From positions 60,823 through 124,822 of the forward strand of contig CAWEDJ010000028.1 in the NCBI GenBank assembly GCA_963807635.1: 64,000 nucleotides of DNA, given 5' to 3'. Of this stretch, positions 51,769 to 62,812 are shown one piece after another. The position numbers and the translations under genes were made by a program. The number at the start of each line of letters is the position of its first letter. The first letter of the stretch is position 1. The stretch is from an uncultured cyanobacterium. Its GTDB lineage: Bacteria > Cyanobacteriota > Cyanobacteriia > Cyanobacteriales > Microcystaceae. Under the pieces are notes generated by a model. That model was not told the DNA's origin. It ran no database searches and worked only from the letters and a program-made list of their open reading frames with translations.

Positions 51769-51833
51769 TTCATTTCCTCCATGGCGGACCTGAGCGCGAC
51801 TTACGTTGGCCCCCGTCGGCAAGCCGCTCCGGC

Positions 51834-51965
51834 TTACTGTGATGCTTCCTGAAGCTGCCGGTAGGCGTCGGTGCATTTCAGCTTTGCGTTTGCCTGCGCG
51901 TAATCAAGTGCTGTCTTTCCCGCGCTGTCTTTCGCCTTCGGGTTCGCGCCTGCTTTCCGGAGTAT
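51834..51965 (-). pseudogene. Ankyrin-repeat protein C-terminal remnant
   Basis: LRKAGANPKAKDSAGKTALDYA...QEASQ*. Confidence 0.7.
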
Positions 51966-52036
51966 GCGGAAGAAGTTGCGCGGCAGCGAGCATACGGACG
52001 AATCAGTGTGCCAAATCACCCCGATGCTTTGGTCCT

Positions 52037-53129
52037 TCAGGGGCCCGTGACCGGTGCAACTGCAACACCACAGGGGATCCTCCCGGCTGCGAATGGCGAG
52101 CCGCTTACCGCTGAGAGCGCCCCAGTGCTCGAGTTGATCGTGTAAGCAGATACGTTGGCGCTACCATTGTTCACGACGTAGAGGAACTTCCCCGTCGGGT
52201 CTACCGCGGCACCCTCGGGGTTCGACCCGGTGTTGAAGGGCGAGCCGCTTATCGCAGTGAGCGCCCCGGTGCTCGGGTTGATCGTGTACGCAGATACGTT
52301 AGCGTTGGTTTCGCTTGTAACGTAGACAAACTTCCCCATCGGGTCGACCGCGACACCTAGGGTTCGACCCGTCGGCGAAGGGCGAGCCGCTTACCGCTGT
52401 GAGCGCCCCGGTGCTCGGGTTGATCGCGTACGCCGATACGTTAGCGCTGCCCCAGTTTGCAACGTAGAGGAACTTGCCCGTCGGGTCTACCGCGACACCC
52501 CCGGGGTAATTCCCGACGGTGAAGGGCGAGCCGCTTACCGCTGAGAGCGCCCCAGTGCTCGAGTTGATCGTGTAAGCAAATACGCTATTGCCCTGGTGGT
52601 TTCCGACGTAGAGGAACTTCCCCGTCGGGTCTACCGCGATACCTCTGAGGTTCCACCCGGTGTCGAAGGGCGAGCCGCTTACCTGTGTGAGTGCCCCGCT
52701 GCTCGAGTTGATCGTGTAAGCAGATACAGTAGTGCTGTCTACGTTTGCAACGTAGACAAACTTCCCCGTGGGGTCTGCCGCAATACTATAGGGCCCCGAC
52801 CTGGCGGCGAAGGGCGAGCCGCCTACCTGTGTGAGTGCCCCGGTGCTCGGGCTGATCGCGTAAGCTGATACGTTTTTGCCGGCGTTGTTTGTAACGTAGA
52901 GGAACTTGCCCGTCGGGTCTACAGCGACTCCCGAGGGGCTCTTCCCGGCGGGGAAGGGCGAACCGCCTACCGCTGAAAGCATTCCGTTGCTCGGGTTCAT
53001 CGCGTACGCAGATACGTTGTTGCTGACCGTGTTTGTAACGTAGACGAAGTACCGCGTTGTCTGTGCGTACGTCGATGCAAGAGCAAACAGAAACGCAAGA
53101 GCTACAACAACGACAATTCGCTTTTTCAC
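52037..53129 (-). CDS. Secreted seven-bladed beta-propeller (lactonase/YncE-like), frameshift ~52357
   Basis: Signal peptide followed by 48-aa repeats GSPF...P.GVAVDPTGKFLYV.N...NVSAY.INPSTGAL. Confidence 0.85.
52075..53050 (-). repeat. 144-bp coding tandem repeats (~7 units)
   Basis: GGCGAGCCGC anchor recurs about every 144 bp. Confidence 0.9.
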
Positions 53130-53298
53130 TTTGTACCTCCGTGGCCCTTGCCATTATACATCCTTATCTCCGCGCCATCGCGGGCAGACGCCAATAGCGG
53201 TCCGTCGAACGGCCGTCAAACGACGCGCGTGGCGGCCCGTAGTGCGACTTTGGCGGGGGCTGCTGTATGTTTACACCCCCCTTTAAGGCCCTTTCCGC

Positions 53299-53578
53299 TT
53301 ACTTGGACGCTTCTTCGAGTTGCTTAAGGGCGTCGGTGCCTTGCAGATTTTCGTTGTACTTCGCGTAGTCAACGGCTGTCTTTCCCGCTTTATCTTTCGC
53401 CTTCGCGTCCGCGCCAGCCTTCAAGAGTGTTGTATCACGTCGGGGTTTGGTTGAAAAGTGCAGCAGCCATCAGCGCAGTTGCTCCGTCCTTGTTCCAGGC
53501 GAAGATGTCCGCCCCTTGGCTGATTGCGGCTTGAACAATTTCCAGCGTTCCATTCTTTACCAACTCTGTGAGGTTATT
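53299..53578 (-). pseudogene. Ankyrin-repeat protein remnant
   Basis: ELVKNGTLEIVQAAISQGADI...GATALMAAA...LLKAGADAKAKDKAGKTAVDYA...EEASK*, with frameshifts. Confidence 0.75.
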
Positions 53579-53827
53579 CTTTCATTCTTTCAATTTAGAC
53601 GTGTAGATTACCCGCCGCTCACCTACGGTGGATTCATCTGCGCAATCTCGGGACTATGGAGGGCTAACTTCATGGCATGGCGGCCTGCTCCTTCTCCATT
53701 CCGTTGCGTTTCGGCTGGAATTGCTTGTCCAGGCCATCCAGCACCTCGATTGTGTATTCCGCCATGAAGTATGCTGCTTAATTATGGCGATCACCCTCAC
53801 CCCGGCCAGGTACGGATCCTGCCCTCG

Positions 53828-54682
53828 TCAGCCCTTGATGGCGCCGAAGGTCAGCGCGCGAACGATATAGCGCTGGGCCAGCAGCGCCAGGATGGCCGGG
53901 GGAATGATGGCCGCCAGGAGCCGCGTTGCAATGAACCAGAACTGGATGCCCTGGGTATGCTCCACCCCCGCGATGATCACCGTCACCGGCTGCGCCTTCT
54001 GGTAGGTCAGGATCAGCCCGAAAAGAAACTCGTTCCACGCAAAGGCAAAGCAGATCACCGCTGCCACCGCGATGGCAGGTGCGGCCAGGGGAAGGGCGAT
54101 TCGCATGAAGGTGCCGAAGCGCGAGGCCCCGTCCACCAGAGCCGCCTCCTCCAGCTCCACGGGCAGCTCCTTGAACACGTCGCGCAGGATCAGAACCGCA
54201 AAGGGCATGATGAAGGTTGCGTTGGCCATGATGAGTGCCCAGTGGGTGTCCAGCAGCCTCAGGGTTTTCATGAACAGGAAGAAGGGAATGGCGGTGGCCA
54301 TGGGAGGCAGGAAGCGCTGGGAGAGGAACCACAGGGTCATGTCCTTGTTTTTCCACCGGTGGAAGCGGAAGCGTGCCAGGCCGTAGCCGGCCATGGTGCC
54401 CAGCGAGATGGCGATCAGGGTGGCCCCCCCGGCGATGATGAGGCTGTTGCGCAGCGCGCCGGTGATCTCCTTGCCGCGGGTGATGTACTCGTTCTCCCAG
54501 TTGGCGGTGGTGGGGGTGAACTGGAGGAAGGGCACCAGGGAGGGCTTGGTGAGGATGACCCCGCGAGGCTTGAAAGAGGTAATGATGGCCCAGTAGAAGG
54601 GGAAGAAGGCCCAGCAGGCGGCGATGATGACCACCACCCAGATGAGGACATTTCCGATGTTGTGTTTTCGCGCCGCAATCAT
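53828..54682 (-). CDS. Carbohydrate ABC transporter permease (MalG-like)
   Basis: ELEEAALVDGA EAA loop; AWNEF. Confidence 0.92.
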   Translation of the reverse strand: MIAARKHNIGNVLIWVVVIIAACWAFFPFYWAIITSFKPRGVILTKPSLVPFLQFTPTTANWENEYITRGKEITGALRNSLIIAGGATLIAISLGTMAGYGLARFRFHRWKNKDMTLWFLSQRFLPPMATAIPFFLFMKTLRLLDTHWALIMANATFIMPFAVLILRDVFKELPVELEEAALVDGASRFGTFMRIALPLAAPAIAVAAVICFAFAWNEFLFGLILTYQKAQPVTVIIAGVEHTQGIQFWFIATRLLAAIIPPAILALLAQRYIVRALTFGAIKG

Positions 54683-54695
54683 GGGTGTGCCTCCT

Positions 54696-55572
54696 TTAGT
54701 CGTAGATGCGCCGCAGCCTTCGGAAGAAGAAAGAGCTGATGACCAGCATGATGACCAGCAGGATATAGGCCAGCGCCGAGGCGTAGCCGGAGTTGAAGTT
54801 TCGAAGGCCCGTGAGGTAGATGTAGAAGGAATAGGTCTGAGTGGCCATGCCCGGGCCCCCCGAGGTGAGGCTGAAGGGGATGTCCAGCAGCTTGAAGGTC
54901 TCCACCATGCGCAGAATGATCACCGTGAAAAGCACCGGGCCCAGCATGGGGAATGTGATGCGGCGGAACATCTGCCAGCCCGAGGAGGTGTCAAGGACGG
55001 CCGCCTCGTAGACCTCCTCGGGAAGAGACTGCAGCCCCGCCAGGCACACCAGGAAGCAGAAGGGGGTCCACTGCCAGATATCCACGATGGAGATAGCCAG
55101 CCGCGCCAGCCAGATGTTGGAGAACCACTGTGGCGCGTGAAGCACGCCCAGGGCTTTGAGCACGGTGTTCACCGCGCCCACGTCCTCGTGGAATATTGTC
55201 AACCCTAGGTAGCCCAGAGCGATAGGTGCGACGAACATGGGCATGGTGAAAAGCGAGCGGAAGAATCGGTTGCCCTTAAGGGCCTTGCGCAGGGGGCGGG
55301 AGAAGATCATGGCCAGCAGCAGCCCCAGCACGACGGTGAGCGTAACGTCGAAGACGACGAAGAACACTGTGGTCTGCAGCACGGCCCAGAAGCGATAGTC
55401 GCCGAAGGCCTGGCCATAGTTCTGAAACCAGATGAAAAACTGAGGCCCGGTGAGGCGGGCGTGGAAGAAGCTCAGCCGCAGGGAGTACAAGAGAGGGAAA
55501 GATGGTGAACACCAGCACCCAGGCGATGCCGGGAACAACGAAGAGGAACTTGATCCGCTCTTTCTTCCGCAT
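54696..55572 (-). CDS. Carbohydrate ABC transporter permease (MalF-like), frameshift ~55495
   Basis: DIWQWTPF, EVYEAAVLD and TSGGPG motifs. Confidence 0.9.
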
Positions 55573-55631
55573 GACTTCTCCTCGTCTCTGCCGCGCCGCC
55601 GCCGCACGGGCTCTCACGGGTGACACAGAAG

Positions 55632-55657
55632 GGGAGGGCCCACGGAGGGGCCCTCCC
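55632..55657 (-). terminator. Intergenic hairpin after the binding-protein gene (mRNA stabiliser/attenuator)
   Basis: GGGAGGGCCC-N6-GGGCCCTCCC perfect 10-bp stem. Confidence 0.55.
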
Positions 55658-55678
55658 GTCGGATGAAGTGCGCAGATC

Positions 55679-57309
55679 CTACTTGTAACCGATGGACTCC
55701 TGGTAGAGCTTCAGCTCCTGGTCCTTGCCGATGTCGTTGACGATGCGCTTCCAGTCCGCCGCGGTCCTGTCCAGAGCCTGCTTTGCGCTGATCTGGCCCG
55801 TGATCGCCTCGGAGAGATGCACGTCCCAGACCTCCTCCATCTCGGGGGTGCCGGGAATGCGCAGGTAGTTCTGGAAGATGGGATAGGTGTAGAAATCGTC
55901 CTGGTAGGCATTCACGTAGTACACCGCATCGCTCTTGTTCCAGCCCGCCGCCTCATACTCATCCGGGGTCGCCGTGCCGTAAGGCGGGAACCAGTCGTAC
56001 GTGGTCCCAGGGTTCAGGCCCGACCAGCCCTCCAAGACGTGGAAGTGGTTGATGGACGGCGTAGCCTGCAGGGCCATCCAGTAGTAGCAGAGATCCTGGT
56101 TCTTGGCGTACTTGGACATGACCGGGTTCCAGGAGCAGCCGACCTGGTTGCCCACGAGGTTCGGCTTCGTGAGGTTCAGGAACTTCTTCTGCTGCATGTC
56201 ATAGGGGTGCAGGGTTCCCGGTAATCCCCGAGCGCCTTCCAGGCCCATGATCTTGGACTGCGTGGGGTCCTGACACAGCGCGCCGACATCTCCCCACGAG
56301 CAGCAGAACACAGCGTTGCCTGAAAGGAAGTCAGCCCAGGCCTCGCCCAGGCTCCAGCCCCACATTGCCGGGGACCCGGCCTTGGACAGCTTCATCAGCA
56401 TCTCGAGGGCCGCCACGTGCCCGGGAGAATTGATGAGAGGCTCCATGGTCACAGGGTCGAACCAATACACGTTGTGGTAGCGGTCCACCTTCGTGACCGG
56501 CTTGCCGGGATAGGGGATGACCACGTAGGGGGCGGACAGCGCCATGTAGTGGAAGAACCCCTGGCCTCCCACCTTCAGGTGCATGGTTATGCCGTCGATG
56601 GGCTTGCCACCAGGTCCCAAGGGCTTGCCGTTGAAGAACTGAGCGATCTCCAGCACGTCGTCCCATGTGTCCATCTTGACCGGGCATGGCGTGGCCCTTT
56701 ACCTTCTTGAACTCCGCCTGCCACTTGGGGTCACTGAGGATGTCCTGGCGCCAGTAGAGGATCATCGCGTCATGGTCGTTGTTGCTCCCGTACCAGTGGT
56801 TCCCCCACTGGTAGAGGTTGGCGACGGCGGGCGATATCGACTTGCCGGTCCCACTTGGGCATCCGCGGATCGTTGAAGTACTTGTCGAGAGGCAGGACCC
56901 AGTCGTTGGCGATGTAGTCCCCGTAGTAGCTGGAGCAGTTGATGATGATGTCGTACTTGCCCGATCCAGTCTGAAGGTCGGTGAAGATCTTTTCGCGCAG
57001 CTCTGCAAAAGGGATCTCGACGATGTCGTATGTGGCGCCCGTCAGCTCCTGGAACTTGTTCCTCCAGTAGTAGACCGGCCCGGAGATAGCGCCGCGCTGG
57101 CCCGCGGAATACACGCCAATGGTGAAGTTCTTGCCCTTCCAGGCGGGGTCGGGATTGCCCTTGTCAGCCTTGTCCCAGGCGGCCTGGGCCAGATCTGCTT
57201 CCTGCTGGGTCAAGGCCGGGACGCCGTTGATCAGCTGGGCCCACCCCGTTTTTGCCGCTCCCAGACCGAGCGCGGCAAAAACACAGATTAGAACCATGAA
57301 CCTTTTCAT
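55679..57309 (-). CDS. Sugar ABC transporter substrate-binding protein, two apparent frameshifts
   Basis: Signal peptide; GKYDIII, LYWRQD, TWDD and LRIPG motifs across ORFs 57309-56770, 57008-56331 and 56674-55679. Confidence 0.85.
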
Positions 57310-57647
57310 CCTGCAGCCTCCTGTGCAATGGAATGACGTTTTGAGAACAGCGCGAGGACCGCGGCACGCATAAAACCGCGCGCGAGACCCTCTTTTCGCT
57401 AGCCCGGCATCACCTCCTTTCCATTTTCATGCCCCCGGCGGGACATGCTGATGCAAAACCTGCCGAACCCTTGCCCCAGGATCAGGTGATGTCCATATCG
57501 ACAGTCTTCGAGCACACTGGCAATTGGCCAAGGGATCGGCCCTCGAGGCGGCACAGAGGCAACCATCTTTCCTCCCACTTTTTAAACCACTCTGTCTCTC
57601 GGAACCATTATATCATCAGGTCTCGAGAAGTCAACTCGCGGAACTCT

Positions 57648-58154
57648 CTACTTCAAGCCGCACGGGCAGGGCTCGGGAACCGTGGCGAACGAATTCTCAG
57701 ATGCATTCGGATAGGGCGCCGTTGTCGGGGTCCCGCCGCGATTGACGAGCTTGAATCCGGCTGCTTTCCAAGCCGTGATTCCGCCGTCGAGCATGAAGAT
57801 GTTCCTGAACCCGTCCTTCAGAAGATTGCGTACGGCGATGTCTGCCATCCGGTTGGTCATGCAATAGATCACGATCTTCGAATCCTTGTCATGGGGGTAG
57901 TCCCCGATCCGCGCCTCCGTATCCAGGTAGCTGATCAGCGCGTCGGTCCCCGGGATCTCACCCGCGTAGGGCACGTGCACGTTCACCAGGAAGAAATCCT
58001 TGGAAGCGAGCATCTCGGACAGCTCAGCCGCGCTGATGCTCCGGTAGGCCCCCTCTTCGATCCGCACCTGAGTCCCGCGCTCCGCCATGGCGGCGGCAGG
58101 GACCATGAGAAGCAGCACGGGAAGGATTGTCGCAAAGATAATCGGGCTGCGCAT
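57648..58154 (-). CDS. Exported rhodanese-domain protein with a C-terminal CPC motif
   Basis: Signal peptide; VNVH...EIPG, IYCMTNRM and LDGG..AW motifs. Confidence 0.8.
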   Translation of the reverse strand: MRSPIIFATILPVLLLMVPAAAMAERGTQVRIEEGAYRSISAAELSEMLASKDFFLVNVHVPYAGEIPGTDALISYLDTEARIGDYPHDKDSKIVIYCMTNRMADIAVRNLLKDGFRNIFMLDGGITAWKAAGFKLVNRGGTPTTAPYPNASENSFATVPEPCPCGLK

Positions 58155-58362
58155 GTGCACCTCCTGACACTCTTCTCATGACCAATGCTTGCGTGCCAGC
58201 GCCCTCCCGATGTCCCTGTCGTACCAGAGCGCTCCCCCCATTCCCTGCGCAAGGCAGGCACTACTTGAATGGCTCCCAGCCTCACATCATAGCGCGCGTG
58301 CAGCCGCAGTCAATCGGGACGCCGGCCGCCCACCCCGGCTGCCTCATGGAATGCCTCCTTGG

Positions 58363-59301
58363 CTACCCATGGCTCTCGGCGAACCTGAGCACGTCTTCAA
58401 AAGGCCGTGCGGCCGTTGTGGTGCCGATTTCGGTGACGCACAGGGCCCCGACAGCGTTTCCCAGTTCTGCGCATCTCCTTGTTTCCCACCCCTTCGACAG
58501 GCCCGCGAGGAAACCGGCGCAAAACGCGTCGCCTGCACCGGAGGTGTCCTTCACGACGATGTTCTTCAGGGCTGGCACGTGAAATCCCGTCCCCTTGTGC
58601 TCGGACACGTAGCAGCCGCCCGCACCTAGCTTGATCACCACGTTCCTTGCGCCCTTCTCGAAAAATACGCGCGCGATCCTCGCGGCATCTCGTTCGCCGC
58701 TCAGCTCCACGGCCTCCTCGTAGCTCGGCATGAACCAGTCGAGGTATTGCAGGGAAACCTCGATCTTCCTCATCCACATGCCGCTCGCGTCCCAGGCGGT
58801 GTCGAGGGCGCACAGCACACCCTCTTCCTTTGCCTGACGCAGCACCTTGGCCGCATCCTGGCCATCGAAGCGCGGAAGTATGAACGTCCCGCCGATGAAA
58901 AGGATCCGGGTCCGCGAAAAAAAGCTCACATCGATGTCCTCGAAGCAAAGGGTTCCATTGGTGCCGAGATAATGCATGAGCGTCCTCTCGCCGCTCGCGT
59001 CGATCGCGACAAGGGTACCGGAAGTTCCCGTGGCGCCATCCCGGGTCAACCCCGAACAGTCGACACCCGCCCTTTCGAAGGTCTTAATGATCACCTCTCC
59101 CAGGGGGTCATTACCAGTCTTCCCCAGGATCGCGGTTTTGATACCCATCACCCCGAGGTAGACGGCCGGGTTCAGACCACAACCGCCGGGAGACACATGG
59201 AGGTTGTCGATGAAGACGAGTTTGCCCTTGGGAGGGAGTGCTTCTAACGGCTTCACCATGACGTCGACGCACATATGCCCGATGACGCACACATCGTACA
59301 T
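58363..59301 (-). CDS. PfkB family carbohydrate kinase
   Basis: PGGCGLN, GERT and DTSGAGDAFCAGF motifs. Confidence 0.92.
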   Translation of the reverse strand: MYDVCVIGHMCVDVMVKPLEALPPKGKLVFIDNLHVSPGGCGLNPAVYLGVMGIKTAILGKTGNDPLGEVIIKTFERAGVDCSGLTRDGATGTSGTLVAIDASGERTLMHYLGTNGTLCFEDIDVSFFSRTRILFIGGTFILPRFDGQDAAKVLRQAKEEGVLCALDTAWDASGMWMRKIEVSLQYLDWFMPSYEEAVELSGERDAARIARVFFEKGARNVVIKLGAGGCYVSEHKGTGFHVPALKNIVVKDTSGAGDAFCAGFLAGLSKGWETRRCAELGNAVGALCVTEIGTTTAARPFEDVLRFAESHG

Positions 59302-59375
59302 GGCCGTCCTCCCCGTTCTATCAGCCCTGGCCTTCAACCGTGTCCCGGTCGAGCATGCGCAGCGGCCACTCCACG

Positions 59376-60281
59376 TTAAGCACCTGCCTTCTTCACGGAT
59401 CCGAAAATTCTCATCAGCCGCACGACCTCCGTCGCAACATCGGCGCGCGCGGCTGCCATCATGTCTAGCTCGCCTCCGGTGCTGGTCACTTCGCCGGGAT
59501 CGAGGAGGTCCGCATCATGCTTCTGGAAGTAGCCCTTCAGCGAGTTGATGAATGCGCGGCGCAGGGCTGTGCCGACATTCACCTTGCAGATCCCCGCGGC
59601 GATTGCCGCTTTCAGGTCGTCCTGGTCGATGCCTGTGCCGCCGTGGAGAACCAGAGGGATCCAGATTCTCTCTTGCAGCTGGGCGAGCAGTCCCAAATCG
59701 AGCCTCGATTTCCGCCCCTCCAGGATATGGACATTGCCGACCGCCACGGCCAGGGCATCGACGCCGGTCTTTTCAACGAATTGCTCCGCCTCCCCAGGAT
59801 CGGTCGCGATACCCACACTCATCTTTTTCTTGCCGATCTCCCAGGCGGGCAGTTGCCCAAGCTCCGCTTCGACTTCTGCACCAACCGCGTGGGCAGCGCG
59901 CACCAGCGAGATGTTGATCTGTATCGATTGCTCGAGGCTGCAGCCTTCATGATCATGCATGACCACGTTGAACCCTGCATCGAGCGCAGTATGAAGAAGC
60001 GCGGGCTCATCGGCCTCGTTGAGGATGAGAGCCATGGGAACTCGCGCATGTTCCGCGACAGAGCGCCCAAGGCTACCGTAATGGTTGATGTTTTCTTTCA
60101 CCCTTCGATGCCTGTTTCCGAGGAACTTCCCGTTGAATCCGATGATAACGGGGGATTCGGCCTGCTCAGCGGCATCCTTCACGGCAAGCAGGGATTCCAG
60201 GTTCCACGCTTCGAAATACCCGACAGCATATCCGCGATCCCGTGCATGCCTTAATAGACTGGTCATCGATACTAGTGGCAT
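59376..60281 (-). CDS. Class II fructose/tagatose-bisphosphate aldolase-like protein
   Basis: GYAVG, VEAELG, LAVAVGNVH, PLVLHGGTG and KVNVGT motifs. Confidence 0.85.
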   Translation of the reverse strand: MPLVSMTSLLRHARDRGYAVGYFEAWNLESLLAVKDAAEQAESPVIIGFNGKFLGNRHRRVKENINHYGSLGRSVAEHARVPMALILNEADEPALLHTALDAGFNVVMHDHEGCSLEQSIQINISLVRAAHAVGAEVEAELGQLPAWEIGKKKMSVGIATDPGEAEQFVEKTGVDALAVAVGNVHILEGRKSRLDLGLLAQLQERIWIPLVLHGGTGIDQDDLKAAIAAGICKVNVGTALRRAFINSLKGYFQKHDADLLDPGEVTSTGGELDMMAAARADVATEVVRLMRIFGSVKKAGA

Positions 60282-60344
60282 TAGATTCCACCTTTCTGGA
60301 TTCGGAAAGGATACGGCCCCTTTCCTCGACCGCGAATAAGACAC

Positions 60345-60433
60345 TAGTTCATGAAGTCTGTAGTTTGTGCGAATGCTGCGGAGGGAGCAAAAAGGACCGC
60401 AAGAACTGCAGCAACGGCTGTTCGCTTTTCCAC
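60345..60433 (-). pseudogene. Orphan secretion-leader fragment
   Basis: GGAGG RBS, then GTG-EKRTAVAAVLAVLFAPSAAFAQTTDFMN*, homologous to the propeller gene leaders. Confidence 0.6.
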
Positions 60434-60769
60434 TTTGTTCCCTCCTTTGCCGCGGTGTTCGTCGGCATCACATAGGTGCCAGTGGGGGGAGGAACAACTT
60501 CAGAAGAATGTGAGTAGAGGAGTCCCTCTTGGCCTTCCACTTCCACGCCATAGCACCTTCTCCCTTCGCGCCATTGGCCATCAGCTGGCTTTGCGCGCCC
60601 ATTTCACATAGGGCTGTAGATGCCTTTGGAAGGTTGTATTGAACTCAGCCAGTCACGATTGTATCAGATGCTGCAAGCGCAACAACGTAGCGGTCGGCGA
60701 TCCTCGAAGCCATGAAGAACGAGAAGCGAGGCCGGAGAGACAAACCCGGCCCGCTCAATCTCCTTCCGC

Positions 60770-62367
60770 TCACCGACGGATAACCAACCTGCGCGCCAAT
60801 AGCATGTACCCCATCGCGTGGAAGTAGTGATCGGGCTGATCACCGGCCCACACATACCCCCCTTCCCCTCGGTTCAACTCCTGGTCGAACACGCGGGTCA
60901 GCGAGGTCATGTGAGCCAAAAACTCGGGAATCGACATCGCGTTGCCCGGCAGCTTGAACCTGGTCGGTCCCAGCATGATCGCCTCGTTCACGGCGTCCAA
61001 GTTGGCCGTACGGTCGACCGTTACCACCTTGCTTCTCGGGTCGAAAACGTCCCGCTTACCTCCAACGTATCGGCACATCCACCACCGTCGGGATGAATAG
61101 GCGAGCTTTCGCGACAACCTGGTCTCTGGCATTTCGTCGATGATGCCAGCCCGAAAATCAAATCGGCGCACGAGCATCCGCAAGTCGGCAAGGCTGAGTT
61201 GGCCTGGCACCGTGCCGATCCAGACTACACGAACCGACCCATCGGGATCTTGCTGGCCTATCACGACATGCAGCACGGCTCCAACGTCGACGCCGACGAA
61301 ACAAGGACCACCAGCAGGCCCTGGGCGTAGTCTCCAACACACTCTTGCAGATCGGCGATCTGGACCTTGGCGCCTTTGGCCTCGAATGCCTCGCCCATGT
61401 CTCCGTTCCAGAACCGTTGTGCCCGCGTCGGGTTAAAAAGCCCGTTATCGAAGCGGTCCAGCATCTCGTTAATCGTCATCTTGGTCGAGAACAGCTTGCT
61501 GACGTGGTACCCCCTCCAGAGCCCGTGGACGTTCTCGATCACCCATTCGCCCTTGCCGAACCGGTCAATCGGCTTCTCGCACTTGTCGCAAATCAATTTG
61601 GCCTCTGGTCCCCCGGGGCCCTCCCATTCAGGGTCAAGCACCTCGAACTTAGCCTCATCGATCTTCCTCACAACGTGCTTTCCCCACTCGGGGCGGATCA
61701 CGTGGCCACAAGTTCCTTTGATGTACCACCTTGATTGATCTGACTCCTTGTACAGCTTGGAGATCCCAAACCCGTCGATTGTGGGGTTGCCGATCAGCCA
61801 TTTGATCCGGTGCTCCGAGTTGGAAAGCCGCTCCTCGGCCATCGGCAGGTTAGTCTGGTCGCAGTTGTCGTACTCGTCGACCAGCAGCACGTCGGCGGGG
61901 AACTCGCCGAAGGCCGAGATCGACCCCGATCCGATGAAGGCGATCGCTGCCGTGCCGAAGTGTTTCAGGCTGACACTGGCCGACTGTGCAAGTCGCTTCG
62001 TCACTTCCCCGCTGATCCGCTCCCGGTAGTATGGAGTCAGCGCGACGGAGCGGTCGAACCTGTTGCGCACGAACCTGTTTCGTAGCTGCTCGGTCGGATA
62101 GACGGCGAAAACGCTCAGCCCCTCGTCGAGCGCCGCCATGGTCTTCACCATGAACAGCTCGGTCCAGCCGCCCTGGGTGGACTTCTTGCCGACGATCATC
62201 GGCGACTGGTCCAGTAGCACGGCCCTCATGTACGGATAGGCCCCCAAGTCAAACGGTCGGTTCTTGTGAGTGACGTGGTGCTCCCCCGCGAGCCAATAGG
62301 CCCGGTAGTGATCGTGCAGGTATTGCTTCCAGTCTTCAGGCGAATCAGCCTTCAGAGCCCTTGGCAT
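60770..62367 (-). CDS. Phage terminase large subunit (GpA-like), frameshift ~61320
   Basis: KKSTQGGWT, LLVDE, GNPT, CxxC pairs, GYHVSKL, and nuclease GVDVG...IDE...DHYFHA. Confidence 0.85.
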
Positions 62368-62812
62368 TTCCGTCTTTCAGGGCCACGTGCGGCATCAGCG
62401 CGACGATCTGATCCTCGAATGTCTTGTCGCGCTCCAACTTCTTTCTGCTGTCGATCCGCTGGGTTCGGATGTCAGCACGCAGAGTGTCTTTCCTGCCCCA
62501 TTTCGCCGGGTGCTTTCGCTCCAGCCTCCAGGCCGCCGCCTGCCATGTCGTCTTGGACGCCGCGACTATGGTCGCGATGTCGCGCATCTCACTTTCGGCC
62601 TGCGCTTTTTTTACTGAGTCCAAAAACTCGATGCATACCTTCTCTTGCCCGCGCGCACCGCGCTTCAGCCAGTTGAAAAGCGTCTGCTTGGACACACCGA
62701 CGTAGGCAGCGGCTGTCTCAAGGTAGTTCCCTGTTCTGAGGCCGATCACTATGTCATCGATGATCTTCCGGGTCAGCTTCGTCGGCCTACCCCCTGGATG
62801 CTTTCTACCCAT
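62345..62812 (-). CDS. Putative terminase small subunit / HTH protein
   Basis: GRPTKLT, HTH AAAYVGVSKQTLFNW and WQAAAWRLER; directly upstream of terL. Confidence 0.7.
   Translation of the reverse strand: MGRKHPGGRPTKLTRKIIDDIVIGLRTGNYLETAAAYVGVSKQTLFNWLKRGARGQEKVCIEFLDSVKKAQAESEMRDIATIVAASKTTWQAAAWRLERKHPAKWGRKDTLRADIRTQRIDSRKKLERDKTFEDQIVALMPHVALKDGNAKGSEG

Noticed and set aside
52075..53050. CRISPR array or DGR template/variable repeats
   Set aside because: The units are in-frame 144-bp coding repeats without spacers; differences are not confined to adenines and no reverse transcriptase or cas gene is present
60570..60625. c-di-GMP-I riboswitch (minus strand GAAA...CGCAAAGCC)
   Set aside because: The GGCAAAC 5' element and second stem could not be built; a covariance search would be needed
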